Shown in pieces: positions 7,548-18,106 of a DNA stretch of 64,000 bases. Origin of the DNA: Chitinophagales bacterium (lineage in GTDB: Bacteria > Bacteroidota > Bacteroidia > Chitinophagales > JADIYW01); NCBI GenBank assembly GCA_020636535.1, contig JACJXT010000011.1, forward strand, positions 712,680 through 776,679. Reading direction: 5' to 3'. Position numbers and translations under genes: made by a program. The first letter of the stretch is position 1; each line of letters begins with the position of its first letter. The notes below the pieces were generated by a model, which worked only from the letters and a program-made list of their open reading frames with translations, had not been told where the DNA came from and searched no databases.

Positions 7548-10253
7548 ATGAAAAGAATTCTACTATTGTGCTATTGTTTTCCTTTTTTTGCTTTTTCGCA
7601 AACGCTAATGGATAATGCTCCAAAGTTTTTACATAATTATATTTATTATAACCAAACTAGTTATGATAGAAATATGGGCAATCAAGATGGAGTGCCAGAC
7701 AGTTATTTCTTAGATACAATACCAAGTGGTTTAGTCAATAATCCAAACGGAACACCAACTGGTGGTGTAGAATATGTAGTGAGTCATATTAAAGGACCAA
7801 GTGTTTTATTTCGTTGGGGTTTTGGCTTAAGTACTTTATCACATGAAGCTCGACTTAAATTTTATTTTGATGGAGAAACTGTTCCTCGAATTTCTAACAC
7901 ATTAAATGAAATTTTTAATATTCAACAAGGTATATTCCAACCACCATTACTATTAAATCTTGCTCAATCTAGTGGAGCTATGGCAAGCTTTATTCCTTTT
8001 TTTATAAATAAAGATTTAATTATTACTTCTAATGCAGGTGGTTTTTATCAGTTTAATTATAAAAAATTTAGTACAGACACTAGTGTAACAACTTGGCAAC
8101 CTAATGTTACAGATTCTGTGCTAATTAATGAGTTCAATAACAAAGGCAATTATCCTAAAAGCAATTTAGCGAGTTTGCAAACCGTACAAAATCAAACAAC
8201 AATTGCTAGTGGTACTACACAAACTATAGCTAATTTAAGCGGTGCAAAAAGTATAGAACAATTTAAATTAAGTATTAATGAGCTTGATTTCTCGTATGCA
8301 GAAAGAAAGGTTTTTTCTGGTCAACAATTTGCTGGTACTAGTGCTTTTAATATGAAGGTAAACGGACAGGCAAATAATGTACAACTTATTTTAACTTGTA
8401 ATAAAAATTGGGAATTGGCTAATATAGTAACTAAACCAACTTTTTTTAGATTGGCTGTTTATGTAGATAATATTTTCGTTGGATTATGGACAGTATATAC
8501 TGATAGAGATTATCATTTTTGGTCAGATGAAGTTTTTACAATACCTAAATTTTACTATAATAATAAATCAAATATAAGAATTAAGCTTCAAAAATTTGGA
8601 ACTGATGGTAAAAATCCAAATGAATATTACTACAAACTAAAATGCGATAACATTATTACAGACTCACTTGCTGTTTTAGATGCTGCAAGCGAAGCTAGTC
8701 ATAATAAAGTTACAACAGCTATTGTGCCAGCAATTCCTCAAACACAGTCAGAAAGATACATTACACCAGAAAATATAAAATTATTTAATAAAGATATCTT
8801 AAAAAATACTTTTATCAAAATAACTTTCGATAATGCAAGTCAAGCACAAGTATATGCACCACTAGGTTTGTTCTTTGGAACTGGATTCAATGATGCTGCA
8901 TATATGCAATCATTGCCTTGTGGAAATATAGGAAAAGAATACTACAATTATTTTTCTATGCCTTTCTGGAATAATGCTAAAGTAGAATTAATCAATAATT
9001 CAAATTCAAATATTACAGTTAGTTATAATGTTGGAACTGCTAATAATAATTCATCTAAGAAAGAAACAGGGTATTTTACTACTCAATTAAACAGTGCAGT
9101 TAAAGCAGCTAATGATATTACAAGCTATTTAATTTGTGCTACGCAAGGTAAAGGAAAATATGTAGGAACTATTCTAGAAGCTCATCAAGAAGATATGACC
9201 AAATTTGCGTGGATGGAAGGTGATGACAGAGTATATATAGATGATATAGCAACGCCATTAATTCACGGAACAGGAACAGAAGATTACTTTAATGGTGGAT
9301 TCTATTTCTATACAGGCGAAGTTGATTTTGCTCAATCAGGAATGTGTAATGCAGATAATAACTATTATAGAGCCATGTATCGTTATCACTTATACGACCC
9401 AATTTATTTTAGAAAGAATTTTCAGTTTTGGTTTGAAAAAGGAAAATCAAATGAAAAGCAAACTACTTATAACTCATTGGCATTGTTTTATCTTCAACCA
9501 AATGACAGCACTTATTTTTTAAGTGACGAACTAAATGTAGGAAATACAACTAGCGAAACAGCACATCAATATACCAATACGAATAATAAAATATATATAA
9601 ATAAAAATCAAAGATACGAAGGAGAAGCATTTAATACTTATTTATCTAAAGATGGATATTTAAGCCAAGATTCTGTCTCTTTTGTAGCAACTATCTTACC
9701 AAACAACGAAGGCGTACAACTTCAAAGAACTATGGATTATACTTATCGCAATCAAGAAGCAGCACTTTATGTAGATGGAGTTTATTTAGGAAATTGGCTA
9801 ACTGCTGGTTCAAATGGATTCAATGTTTGGAGAGATGATGTGTTCTTTATTCCAAAAACATATACCGCAGGAAAATCATCTATTACTATCAAATTAGTAA
9901 AATCAAATAATTGTCAATATTGGACTGCAACAGATTATAAAGTCTATACGCTCTTAACAGAAAATATAGTTAGCACAGCAATTAATCAAAATAAACTAGA
10001 CAATAAATTTAGTATTTATCCAAATCCAACATCAAACATATTGTATTTAAATACAGCATATATGTATGACAATCAGCCTACACATTATACTTTGTTTAAT
10101 CAAAACGGACAGTTAGTAAAACAAGAGAAATTGCTCGGTACATTATTCAACTATACAATTGATGTAAATGATTTAGCAAGTGGTCAATATCATTTGGTAT
10201 TACAGCAGCAGAATAAAATTGTAGGCAGTAAAAAAATTACTGTAATAAAATAA
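7548..10253 (+). CDS. Secreted T9SS cargo protein with DUF2961/GH172-like core and duplicated accessory module
   Basis: 901 aa with signal peptide. DUF2961-like motifs: FYFDGETVP, PLGLFFGTG, MPFWNNAKVEL and WMEGDDRVYIDD..IHGTGTEDYFNGG. C-terminal IYPNPTSNILYL...GQYHLVL sorting domain. Confidence 0.6.
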   Translation: MKRILLLCYCFPFFAFSQTLMDNAPKFLHNYIYYNQTSYDRNMGNQDGVPDSYFLDTIPSGLVNNPNGTPTGGVEYVVSHIKGPSVLFRWGFGLSTLSHEARLKFYFDGETVPRISNTLNEIFNIQQGIFQPPLLLNLAQSSGAMASFIPFFINKDLIITSNAGGFYQFNYKKFSTDTSVTTWQPNVTDSVLINEFNNKGNYPKSNLASLQTVQNQTTIASGTTQTIANLSGAKSIEQFKLSINELDFSYAERKVFSGQQFAGTSAFNMKVNGQANNVQLILTCNKNWELANIVTKPTFFRLAVYVDNIFVGLWTVYTDRDYHFWSDEVFTIPKFYYNNKSNIRIKLQKFGTDGKNPNEYYYKLKCDNIITDSLAVLDAASEASHNKVTTAIVPAIPQTQSERYITPENIKLFNKDILKNTFIKITFDNASQAQVYAPLGLFFGTGFNDAAYMQSLPCGNIGKEYYNYFSMPFWNNAKVELINNSNSNITVSYNVGTANNNSSKKETGYFTTQLNSAVKAANDITSYLICATQGKGKYVGTILEAHQEDMTKFAWMEGDDRVYIDDIATPLIHGTGTEDYFNGGFYFYTGEVDFAQSGMCNADNNYYRAMYRYHLYDPIYFRKNFQFWFEKGKSNEKQTTYNSLALFYLQPNDSTYFLSDELNVGNTTSETAHQYTNTNNKIYINKNQRYEGEAFNTYLSKDGYLSQDSVSFVATILPNNEGVQLQRTMDYTYRNQEAALYVDGVYLGNWLTAGSNGFNVWRDDVFFIPKTYTAGKSSITIKLVKSNNCQYWTATDYKVYTLLTENIVSTAINQNKLDNKFSIYPNPTSNILYLNTAYMYDNQPTHYTLFNQNGQLVKQEKLLGTLFNYTIDVNDLASGQYHLVLQQQNKIVGSKKITVIK

Positions 10254-10275
10254 AAAAATATTATATATTGTTACT

Positions 10276-12954
10276 ATGCTAAATAAATTTTCGCTTGTAA
10301 TATCACTCTTTCTTGTTTTTAATGCATCCGCACTCGATGCAGTTAATCATTTATCTAATATAGAAGAACAGTTTATTACCTATCAGCAAGCCAATTATGC
10401 TAAAGATGGTTCTAATAACGATGGTGTAATTGCTAGCAACTTTTTAGATACTATTCCAAGTGGTTTAGTCAATAATCCAAATGGTGTTGCTACTGGAAAT
10501 AACGAATATGTTTTAGTAAATATTGAAGGACCAGCTATTTTAGAAAGAATTTGGTGTGCAGCAATCAACAACTTAAACGGAAAAATTAATTTTTATTTTG
10601 ATGGAGAAACTACACCAAGATTTTCATCAACTATAAATCAATTATTTATTAATAAAACAACTATATTTGATAGTATCCTAGCTCAAAATTTATTTGAAAA
10701 TTCTGGAGGGAATATTCTCTATGCATCAATAAATATTAAACAAAATCTAATTATTACTACAGAAGCACCAATGTATTGTCATGTTGGCTTTAAGTTATTG
10801 CCAAAAGATACGATTATTTCATCTTGGACAAATACCAACGATATTAGCCAATCTAATTTGCTAGCACTAAGTGGAAACTATCCTAAACAAAATGCTAGTA
10901 GTTTAAGTAGTAATACCAATACAGTGTCGTTAAATTCAAATCAAAAAATAGTATTGTATAGTAGTAGTGGAGGTGGAACAATAGAAGGAATCGAACTCAA
11001 TATTCAAGACTTAAATTTTGATTATGCAGATAGAATATACGATGAGGGCAATGTTCGAAAAGGTTGGGCTTTATTTAAAATGAAAATAAATGCTAATGCA
11101 GACTCATTGTTTCTAGTAAATAAAATGAATAAAAATAATCTGTTATTTGGTATCAATCAAAGTAAAGTAAATGTAATAGTAGAAGGTAGGTTAGTAGGTG
11201 TATGGCAAGTAAATAATTACAGAGATTACCATTTTTGGGAAGATGAAAAATTTTATATTCCAAAATCATTTTACCAAGGTAAAAATAACATTAATATAAT
11301 TATTCAATATATATCTGGTGATGCATGGAACGAGTTTAGGTACCAAACAATATGCGATAATGTCATTACTGATGTATTAGATATAAAAAATGTAAGTAGC
11401 CAAAACAGCCACAATTATTTAGTAACAGGTATTTTAAATAACAATGTTAGTCTTTATACTTCATCTGCTAATGCAAGATATAGAACACCAGAACCAATAA
11501 AGTACAACAACAAACAAATTTTAGACAGTTTGTATATTTCAATTTATTATGACGGAGAAACTTCGCCAAGCACAACAGCACCAATTGGACTATTTTTTGG
11601 TGCAGGAACAAACGATGCATCGTATATGAATGCACTGTTGTTTGGAAATAATAACGGCACTTACTATAACTACTTTACACAACCATTTTGGTCGAGCGTT
11701 AAAGTTGAAATAGAAAATAAATCGTCTATAAAAATAGATAGTATAAATACAAATATATTATACACAAATTCTATTTTAGACAAAAAAACAAATGGCTATT
11801 TAAAAGCATTTGTTAAACAAGAAAATAAATCAGCAACAGATAGTACCGATTATAATTTCTTAGAAACCAATGGAAAAGGTAAATTAATCGCTATTGTAAT
11901 ACAAGGAGTTCAAGATACAGTAGAATATGGACCAATAGCATACTTAGAAGGAGATGAAAGAATTTATATTGATGATGCACAAACACCATTCATCTATGGT
12001 ACAGGAACAGAAGATTTATTTAACTGTGGTTTCTATTTTATTTTAGATGAAGTATGTATGCCTTTACATGGAATGTCAAATTCAGATGAAAAATATAATA
12101 GAAATATGTATCGTATATTTTTGAATGATGCTATTTACTTTAGAAAAAATATTAGTGCTAATGTTGAACACGGACCAGTTAACGATGTTCAAGCACTTTA
12201 TAACTCTATCAGTTTTTATTATTGGCAACAAGACACACTCTATCAATTAACAGACAATTTAGATGTAGGAAATACTACAAGTGAAACAGCTCATCAATAT
12301 ACAGTATATGGGAATAGTAACAATATTAATAAATCATCTTATTTTGAAGGAATTAATGACAAGCAACTACTACAACATGATGGAAGAAAAATACAAGACT
12401 CAGTAGAGTTTATAGTATCTATCAATGAGAATAATAATGGTGTTCGTTTGCTTAGAACTTTCGATTATAGCTTAAAAAATCAGTCTGCCAATATTTATGT
12501 AGACGATGCTTTTGTAGGTACTTGGTTAAATGCAGGAGCCAATACTATCCAACAATTTAAAGACGATATTTTTGCTATTCCAGCAAGATTTACTCAAAAT
12601 AAAACACAGATAAAAATTAAAGTAGTAGCTAAAAATAATTGGACAGACCTACAATACAAAGTATACACACTACAAAATAGTGTAGTAGCAACACCAATAA
12701 AAGAAAATAAGTTTAGCAATATCAGCATTCAATTGTACCCAAATCCAACAAAAGATATTTTAAATATTTATTCTAATAATGAAAATATAAAACAAATAAA
12801 TATTTATCAAATAAACGGTGTTCAAATTAAAAGTATTAGTACTAATAATAACCAAATTACAATACCAGTGTACGAGTTAGCAAAAGGAATGTATATTGCA
12901 GAAATAACCACTTCTAATAATACAGTTGCCATTAAAAAATTCGTAGTAGAGTAG
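10276..12954 (+). CDS. Paralogue of the preceding gene (T9SS cargo, DUF2961/GH172-like)
   Basis: 892 aa, alignable by eye to 7548-10253 along its full length (FLDTIPSGLVNNPNG, FYFDGETTP, YLEGDERIYIDD..IYGTGTEDLFNCG, VGNTTSETAHQYT). C-terminal LYPNPTKDILNIY...GMYIAEI sorting domain. Confidence 0.6.
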   Translation: MLNKFSLVISLFLVFNASALDAVNHLSNIEEQFITYQQANYAKDGSNNDGVIASNFLDTIPSGLVNNPNGVATGNNEYVLVNIEGPAILERIWCAAINNLNGKINFYFDGETTPRFSSTINQLFINKTTIFDSILAQNLFENSGGNILYASINIKQNLIITTEAPMYCHVGFKLLPKDTIISSWTNTNDISQSNLLALSGNYPKQNASSLSSNTNTVSLNSNQKIVLYSSSGGGTIEGIELNIQDLNFDYADRIYDEGNVRKGWALFKMKINANADSLFLVNKMNKNNLLFGINQSKVNVIVEGRLVGVWQVNNYRDYHFWEDEKFYIPKSFYQGKNNINIIIQYISGDAWNEFRYQTICDNVITDVLDIKNVSSQNSHNYLVTGILNNNVSLYTSSANARYRTPEPIKYNNKQILDSLYISIYYDGETSPSTTAPIGLFFGAGTNDASYMNALLFGNNNGTYYNYFTQPFWSSVKVEIENKSSIKIDSINTNILYTNSILDKKTNGYLKAFVKQENKSATDSTDYNFLETNGKGKLIAIVIQGVQDTVEYGPIAYLEGDERIYIDDAQTPFIYGTGTEDLFNCGFYFILDEVCMPLHGMSNSDEKYNRNMYRIFLNDAIYFRKNISANVEHGPVNDVQALYNSISFYYWQQDTLYQLTDNLDVGNTTSETAHQYTVYGNSNNINKSSYFEGINDKQLLQHDGRKIQDSVEFIVSINENNNGVRLLRTFDYSLKNQSANIYVDDAFVGTWLNAGANTIQQFKDDIFAIPARFTQNKTQIKIKVVAKNNWTDLQYKVYTLQNSVVATPIKENKFSNISIQLYPNPTKDILNIYSNNENIKQINIYQINGVQIKSISTNNNQITIPVYELAKGMYIAEITTSNNTVAIKKFVVE

Positions 12955-12973
12955 ATTGCTTACAACATCTCTA

Positions 12974-13045
12974 ATCTAAAAATCTTGCATCTAGTAATCT
13001 TACTACAAAAGGTCTAATATCTAAAAATCTTGTTTCTAGTAATCT
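12974..13045. repeat. Two direct copies of a 27-nt intergenic repeat (ATCTAAAAATCTTGYWTCTAGTAATCT), 45-nt period
   Basis: Copies at 12974-13000 and 13019-13045 match at 25 of 27 positions by direct reading. Related copies at 16458-16493 and, inverted, at 50005-50100. Confidence 0.6.
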
Positions 13046-13100
13046 TTTAAAAAATTAGCTTTTCCTACGAAAATTTTATACTTTAGCAACAAACTAATTT

Positions 13101-13760
13101 ATGGCAGAGGTTATTGTCGCACCATCAGTTTTGGCTTGTAATTTTGCCAACTTAGAGCATGAGTTTCAAATGATGAACCAAAGTGAAGCTCAATACATTC
13201 ATATAGATGTAATGGATGGTGTTTTTGTACCAAATATTTCATTCGGAATGCCACTCATTAAAACCATGCGTGCATTAACCAACAAAGTCTTAGATGTACA
13301 CTTAATGATAGTGCAACCAGAAAAATACATCGAAACATTTGCAACGCTAGGTGTTAATGTGTTATCTGTACACTATGAAGCATGTACACATTTACACAGA
13401 ACACTACAAACCATTAAAGAAAATAACATGAAAGCAGGTGTTGCTATCAATCCACATACACCAATAAGTGTTTTAGAAGATGTAATTCAAGACATCGATT
13501 TAGTATGTATGATGAGTGTTAATCCAGGTTTTGGTGGACAAAAATTCATCGAAAGAACTTATGATAAAATCGCAGCATTAAAAGCTCTAATCAACGAAAG
13601 ACAAAGCAATACACTCATCGAAATAGATGGTGGCGTTACATTAAATAATGCAAAACAATTAATTACAACAGGTGCAGATGTTTTAGTTGCAGGAAGTACT
13701 GTATTTAATTCCAGCAATCCAATACAAACTATTCATCAACTCAAAAATATTATGGCATAA
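13101..13760 (+). CDS. rpe: Ribulose-phosphate 3-epimerase
   Basis: 219 aa with APSVLACNF, IHIDVMDGVFVPNISFG and MSVNPGFGGQKF, typical of Rpe. Confidence 0.9.
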   Translation: MAEVIVAPSVLACNFANLEHEFQMMNQSEAQYIHIDVMDGVFVPNISFGMPLIKTMRALTNKVLDVHLMIVQPEKYIETFATLGVNVLSVHYEACTHLHRTLQTIKENNMKAGVAINPHTPISVLEDVIQDIDLVCMMSVNPGFGGQKFIERTYDKIAALKALINERQSNTLIEIDGGVTLNNAKQLITTGADVLVAGSTVFNSSNPIQTIHQLKNIMA

Positions 13761-13761
13761 A

Positions 13762-16242
13762 ATGCGTTCTTTTAGTGTGCATATATTATTATTGATATTT
13801 TGTTGTTGCATTACAAATATCGCTTTAGCTCAAAACAAAGTAACCATTTATGGAAAAATTACCAACGAGTTAGGCGAAGCAATTCCTGATGTTAACATTG
13901 TTCAAGCCAATACCAATAACCAAACTGTTACAGATGCACAAGGTAATTTTTCATTGCGTGTAGATTTTGAAAATTATACGACACTCGAATTTTCACATGT
14001 ACAATATATTAATTTTTCATATAAAGTTTATCCAAGTAATAAGTTGAAGAAAGAAGTGAATATCAAACTTCAATTCAAAGACAACTACTTAGATTCTGTA
14101 GAAATTGTAGCAAAGTCTAAAACCAAAGCTGGAGAAGTTGAGTTAGAAGCCAAGAGTGCCGAATATTTTCCAAATCCAACTGGAGATATTGGTGCAGTTA
14201 TTAAATCAACTGGATTAGGAACGCAATCGAATACAGAGTTAAGTGGACAGTATTCTGTGCGTGGAGGAAACTACGATGAGAACTTGGTTTATGTCAACGA
14301 TTTTGAAATCTATCGTTCATTTTTAACTTCTGCTGGTCAGCAAGAAGGATTAAGTTTCCCAAACTTAGATTTAATCGACAAACTGTCTTTTTCTTCTGGT
14401 GGATTTGAAAGCAAGTACGCCGATAAAATGTCGTCGGTTTTAAATGTAAAATACAAAACGCCAAAAGAATTTAAAGGTTCTGTCATGGCAAGTTTGCTAG
14501 GCGTTAATGCACACATCGAAGGAAGTTCCAAAGAACAAAAGTTTACCTATTTAGCTGGTATTCGCTACAAATCCAACGCTTATTTACTAGGAAGTTTAGA
14601 CAAGAAAGGAGAGTACAATCCAAACTTTTTCGATGTACAAGCTAACTTTCACTACAAACCAAATATTAAACACGATGTAGAATTATTAGTCAATCATGCA
14701 TTTAATAAATTTAATTTTATTCCAGATTTACAAGAAACAAGAGCTGGAACTTTTGATAGATTAATTCGTTTCTTAGTTGATTTTGAAGGTGGTGAAAACG
14801 ATTTATTTAAAAATTCAATGGTAGGTTTAAGTTATAAATTTATTCCTAATAATAATTTGAGTCTAAAATGGATGACTGCTCTCTGGAAAATGAAAGAACA
14901 AGAGTCGTTTAACATTACTGGTTACTATTCATTAGATGAAATTGATATCGATTTGTCTAGTGATAATTTTGGCAATGTAAAATATAATTTAGGATATGGC
15001 ACTTTTCAAGATTGGGCAAGAAATACACTAGATGCTATTGTTTGGAATGGTGCATTTACAGGAAAATACAATGCAGGTAAAAACTTCATGGAGTTTGGTA
15101 ACACAGTGCAGTACGAAAATATTCAAGATAAATTGAGCGAATGGACAAGAATTGATTCTGCTGGATATAGTTTGCCATATACAGGAAGTATTGTGTCTAT
15201 TCAAGACAGAATTAAGTCGAGCAATAATTTGCAGTCTATAAGAACACATGGTTATTTTCAAGATACATGGACGATTAGAGAAGATTCAGTACGAATGAGT
15301 ATTACTGCTGGAATTCGTTATCACTATTGGAATGTTAATAAAGAATTTTTGGCTTCACCACGATTTCAAATTAACTATGCTCCAAATACCAAAAAAGATG
15401 TACAGTTTAGATTTGCTACTGGTTTGTATATGCAACCACCATTTTATAGAGAAATCAGAAATTTTGATGGTGATATAGTAAAAAATGTAAAAGCACAAAA
15501 ATCATTGCATGTGGTAGCAGGTGCCGATTTAAATTTTAGAGCTTGGGGAAGAAATTTTAAATTTACTACAGAAGCATATTATAAATACATATGGCATTTA
15601 AATCCTTATGAAGTAGAAGATATTAGAATAAGATATTTTGCCAATAACAATGCCAAAGGTTATGCAACTGGTATTGATTTAAGATTGTTTGGCGAAATGG
15701 TAAAAGGTACCGACTCGTGGATTAGTGTTTCGTATTTAAGAGCAAGAGAAGATTTAAATGATGACTTTTACTACACTACTACAGAAAATAATGATGGTAG
15801 CATTGATAGTGCTATTCATTATCCAGGATATATAAGGCGACCAACCGATCAATTATTATACTTTAATTTATACTTTCAAGACTATTTAGTAAAAAACAAA
15901 AGTTTTAAAGTACACTTAAATTTAGTAATTGGCACTGGCTTACCTTTTGGACCACCAGACCATCAACGCTATAAAGATGTATTAAAAATTCCACCATACA
16001 GAAGATTAGATATAGGTTTTTCTTATTTATTAGTAGATGGATTAAAACAAGCAGAAAAGAAACCCAATGGCTTTTGGTCTAAGTTTGATAATGTATGGAT
16101 GAGTTTTGAAGTCTTTAATATATTAGGCATTCAAAATACACTTTCTTACCGTTGGATAAAAGATACACAGAACACACAATGGGCAATTCCAAACTATTTA
16201 ACTTCCAGAAGATTTAACTTAAAACTAAGTATTAATTGGTAA
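13762..16242 (+). CDS. TonB-dependent receptor-like outer-membrane protein with N-terminal carboxypeptidase-regulatory-like domain
   Basis: Start moved to the ATG at 13762, giving signal peptide MRSFSVHILLLIFCCCITNIALAQ. The KVTIYGKI...DAQGNFSL domain is followed by a long beta-barrel-like region ending in an aromatic residue (W). Confidence 0.7.
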   Translation: MRSFSVHILLLIFCCCITNIALAQNKVTIYGKITNELGEAIPDVNIVQANTNNQTVTDAQGNFSLRVDFENYTTLEFSHVQYINFSYKVYPSNKLKKEVNIKLQFKDNYLDSVEIVAKSKTKAGEVELEAKSAEYFPNPTGDIGAVIKSTGLGTQSNTELSGQYSVRGGNYDENLVYVNDFEIYRSFLTSAGQQEGLSFPNLDLIDKLSFSSGGFESKYADKMSSVLNVKYKTPKEFKGSVMASLLGVNAHIEGSSKEQKFTYLAGIRYKSNAYLLGSLDKKGEYNPNFFDVQANFHYKPNIKHDVELLVNHAFNKFNFIPDLQETRAGTFDRLIRFLVDFEGGENDLFKNSMVGLSYKFIPNNNLSLKWMTALWKMKEQESFNITGYYSLDEIDIDLSSDNFGNVKYNLGYGTFQDWARNTLDAIVWNGAFTGKYNAGKNFMEFGNTVQYENIQDKLSEWTRIDSAGYSLPYTGSIVSIQDRIKSSNNLQSIRTHGYFQDTWTIREDSVRMSITAGIRYHYWNVNKEFLASPRFQINYAPNTKKDVQFRFATGLYMQPPFYREIRNFDGDIVKNVKAQKSLHVVAGADLNFRAWGRNFKFTTEAYYKYIWHLNPYEVEDIRIRYFANNNAKGYATGIDLRLFGEMVKGTDSWISVSYLRAREDLNDDFYYTTTENNDGSIDSAIHYPGYIRRPTDQLLYFNLYFQDYLVKNKSFKVHLNLVIGTGLPFGPPDHQRYKDVLKIPPYRRLDIGFSYLLVDGLKQAEKKPNGFWSKFDNVWMSFEVFNILGIQNTLSYRWIKDTQNTQWAIPNYLTSRRFNLKLSINW

Positions 16243-16495
16243 TTTAATGAGTATTGAGTATCTAGTATCGAGTAGTGAGATTTTGTATCTAATAAGATAT
16301 TTACGCCATATCAATTGTTTCTTATTTGATATCCTTTCTTTCCCAAAGCGTCTCTCGTAAGAGGACGCTTAAATACTACAATGAAGAAAAAATAAAAACT
16401 ATCCTTAACTTGCTCTATCAATACGAAGTAAATATTTATATCTCATAGTGCAAAGTTATATCTAAAAAATCTAAAACCTAACAATCTAAAATCAA

Positions 16496-17662
16496 TTAAT
16501 TTGTAGTATCTAATGTTGGATATTCGTTGAATAGAAATGCTAACTCTTGTTTTATAGTGGCTTCGTCATAGCCATATTCTTCTAAGCTGTAATCGTGTTT
16601 GCTTTTATATTTTCTAGTCTTGCTAGTTACTTCATCTAATCGTGCTAAGAAAGCATCACTCAATTCTAGTTGTAACTGCTTGTAAATTTTTATTACGGTA
16701 TCTTTTGGATGTTTAACTAAGTCGTCATACAAAACAGTAATAAAATTCTCTTCTTTAAAATGTGTTTTTTGTTCGGTAAAATATTTATAATACTCTATTC
16801 CTAAATTTCCCCATTCTCTGTATTCTGGCGAGTTTTTAGGAATCTGCGGATATAAAACACTCCAAGTAGAAGCAAACATACTAGTAAATGAAGGCAATAC
16901 ATTCAATGGATTTCTAACCAAATAAATGATTTTAATATCTGGAAAAAGTTCTTGTAGCATTTGTAAGCGTCCTGTACTCATTACCGATTTACATAAAAAT
17001 AGTTTATCAGAACCTAATGCATACATCCATTTTTGTATAGTAGCGTAATAAAATTTTTTAATGTTGTCTCTTTCTTTTTCAGACATTCTATCAGGAATAT
17101 ACAACTCTCTAAATGCAGCTTCGTAAGGTGTAACTAAGCCAACACTAGCAGAAATTCCAGAGATAAAATGCAAACCTTCATCTTCTTCCGAACGATTAAA
17201 ACCTGTTGCATGAATATCGTCCCAATCTCCAAAAAAAGTATTGTCTATCCAATCGAAAAATTTACGCATTGGTCTACCAATTTGTCTATCAATCAATCCA
17301 AAAAAATCAATAATTTTAAAAATAGTAATCGATGGAAATGTAGTGTGATACAATAAGGTATAGACAAACTTTTCATGGTCTAAACACATTAAACGATGCA
17401 AGTAAGTTGTTCCGCTTCTTGGATTGGAAATGATAAATACTGGTTGTTTTACTACAATATTTTTATAGTTCGGAAATAATAATTCGTCGAACAATCTGCA
17501 AAAAGAACTAAATAGTGCAACTAAAAAAATGACAAAACCATAGGTAATACCTATAAAAAAGTTTTTTATAGTAAAATGTGTTATGCAAAGTAACTTTATA
17601 AATCTTAGATGTGTTTTTAATCTTGTATAATAAACAGAAGCGTCAACTACAACCATAAACAA
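16496..17662 (-). CDS. Sulfotransferase family protein with N-terminal hydrophobic segment
   Basis: 388 aa with the PAPS 5'-phosphosulfate-binding loop ISNPRSGTTYLHRL, a later YLVRNP-type 3'-phosphate motif, and a TM-like segment FFIGITYGFVIFLVALF. Confidence 0.7.
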   Translation of the reverse strand: MFMVVVDASVYYTRLKTHLRFIKLLCITHFTIKNFFIGITYGFVIFLVALFSSFCRLFDELLFPNYKNIVVKQPVFIISNPRSGTTYLHRLMCLDHEKFVYTLLYHTTFPSITIFKIIDFFGLIDRQIGRPMRKFFDWIDNTFFGDWDDIHATGFNRSEEDEGLHFISGISASVGLVTPYEAAFRELYIPDRMSEKERDNIKKFYYATIQKWMYALGSDKLFLCKSVMSTGRLQMLQELFPDIKIIYLVRNPLNVLPSFTSMFASTWSVLYPQIPKNSPEYREWGNLGIEYYKYFTEQKTHFKEENFITVLYDDLVKHPKDTVIKIYKQLQLELSDAFLARLDEVTSKTRKYKSKHDYSLEEYGYDEATIKQELAFLFNEYPTLDTTN

Positions 17663-17719
17663 TTATTGGAATGCAAATTTAAAAAAATACCTAAGAATTA
17701 CTAGATAAATGCCATAAAC

Positions 17720-18106
17720 TTATTGCACAGTACAATTGGTTTCGCCTAAAATAAATCCTTGATTATCAATTATTGTAAAAATATAAGTACCAGCGTCCAG
17801 CATATCGTTATAAATAACAGAAGTTTGCTTGCCTTTTTGCACAGGAAAATCTTTACTACTTATTCTCATAAAGTAACCAATATCGTTTTTCTTAGAAATT
17901 CTTAAAACAAAATTGGTATTTGCAGCATAAGCTTTGTCGTGTTCATAAAAAATACAAATTTTGCCTTTGTCGGTTTTACTCCAAACATTGCTTACATTTT
18001 TAGGTACACCTTCTTTAATATCCTTACACAAAATTACATTTCCTGCATATACTTTAATGCCAAACAGCATAGCACATACAAAGAGCATTGTAAAAATCTT
18101 TTTCAT
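17720..18106 (-). CDS. Small secreted hypothetical protein
   Basis: 128 aa with signal peptide MKKIFTMLFVCAMLFGIKVYA. No recognisable motif. Confidence 0.45.
   Translation of the reverse strand: MKKIFTMLFVCAMLFGIKVYAGNVILCKDIKEGVPKNVSNVWSKTDKGKICIFYEHDKAYAANTNFVLRISKKNDIGYFMRISSKDFPVQKGKQTSVIYNDMLDAGTYIFTIIDNQGFILGETNCTVQ

Noticed and set aside
12974-13045. Possible CRISPR array
   Set aside because: There are only two repeat copies, with an 18-nt spacer, AT-rich and non-palindromic. Related copies are dispersed in both orientations, and no cas genes are present in the window.
13687-13761. Extended N-terminus of the TonB-dependent receptor-like ORF overlapping rpe
   Set aside because: The ATG at 13762 yields a typical signal peptide and removes the 74-nt overlap with rpe, so the upstream extension is non-coding read-through.
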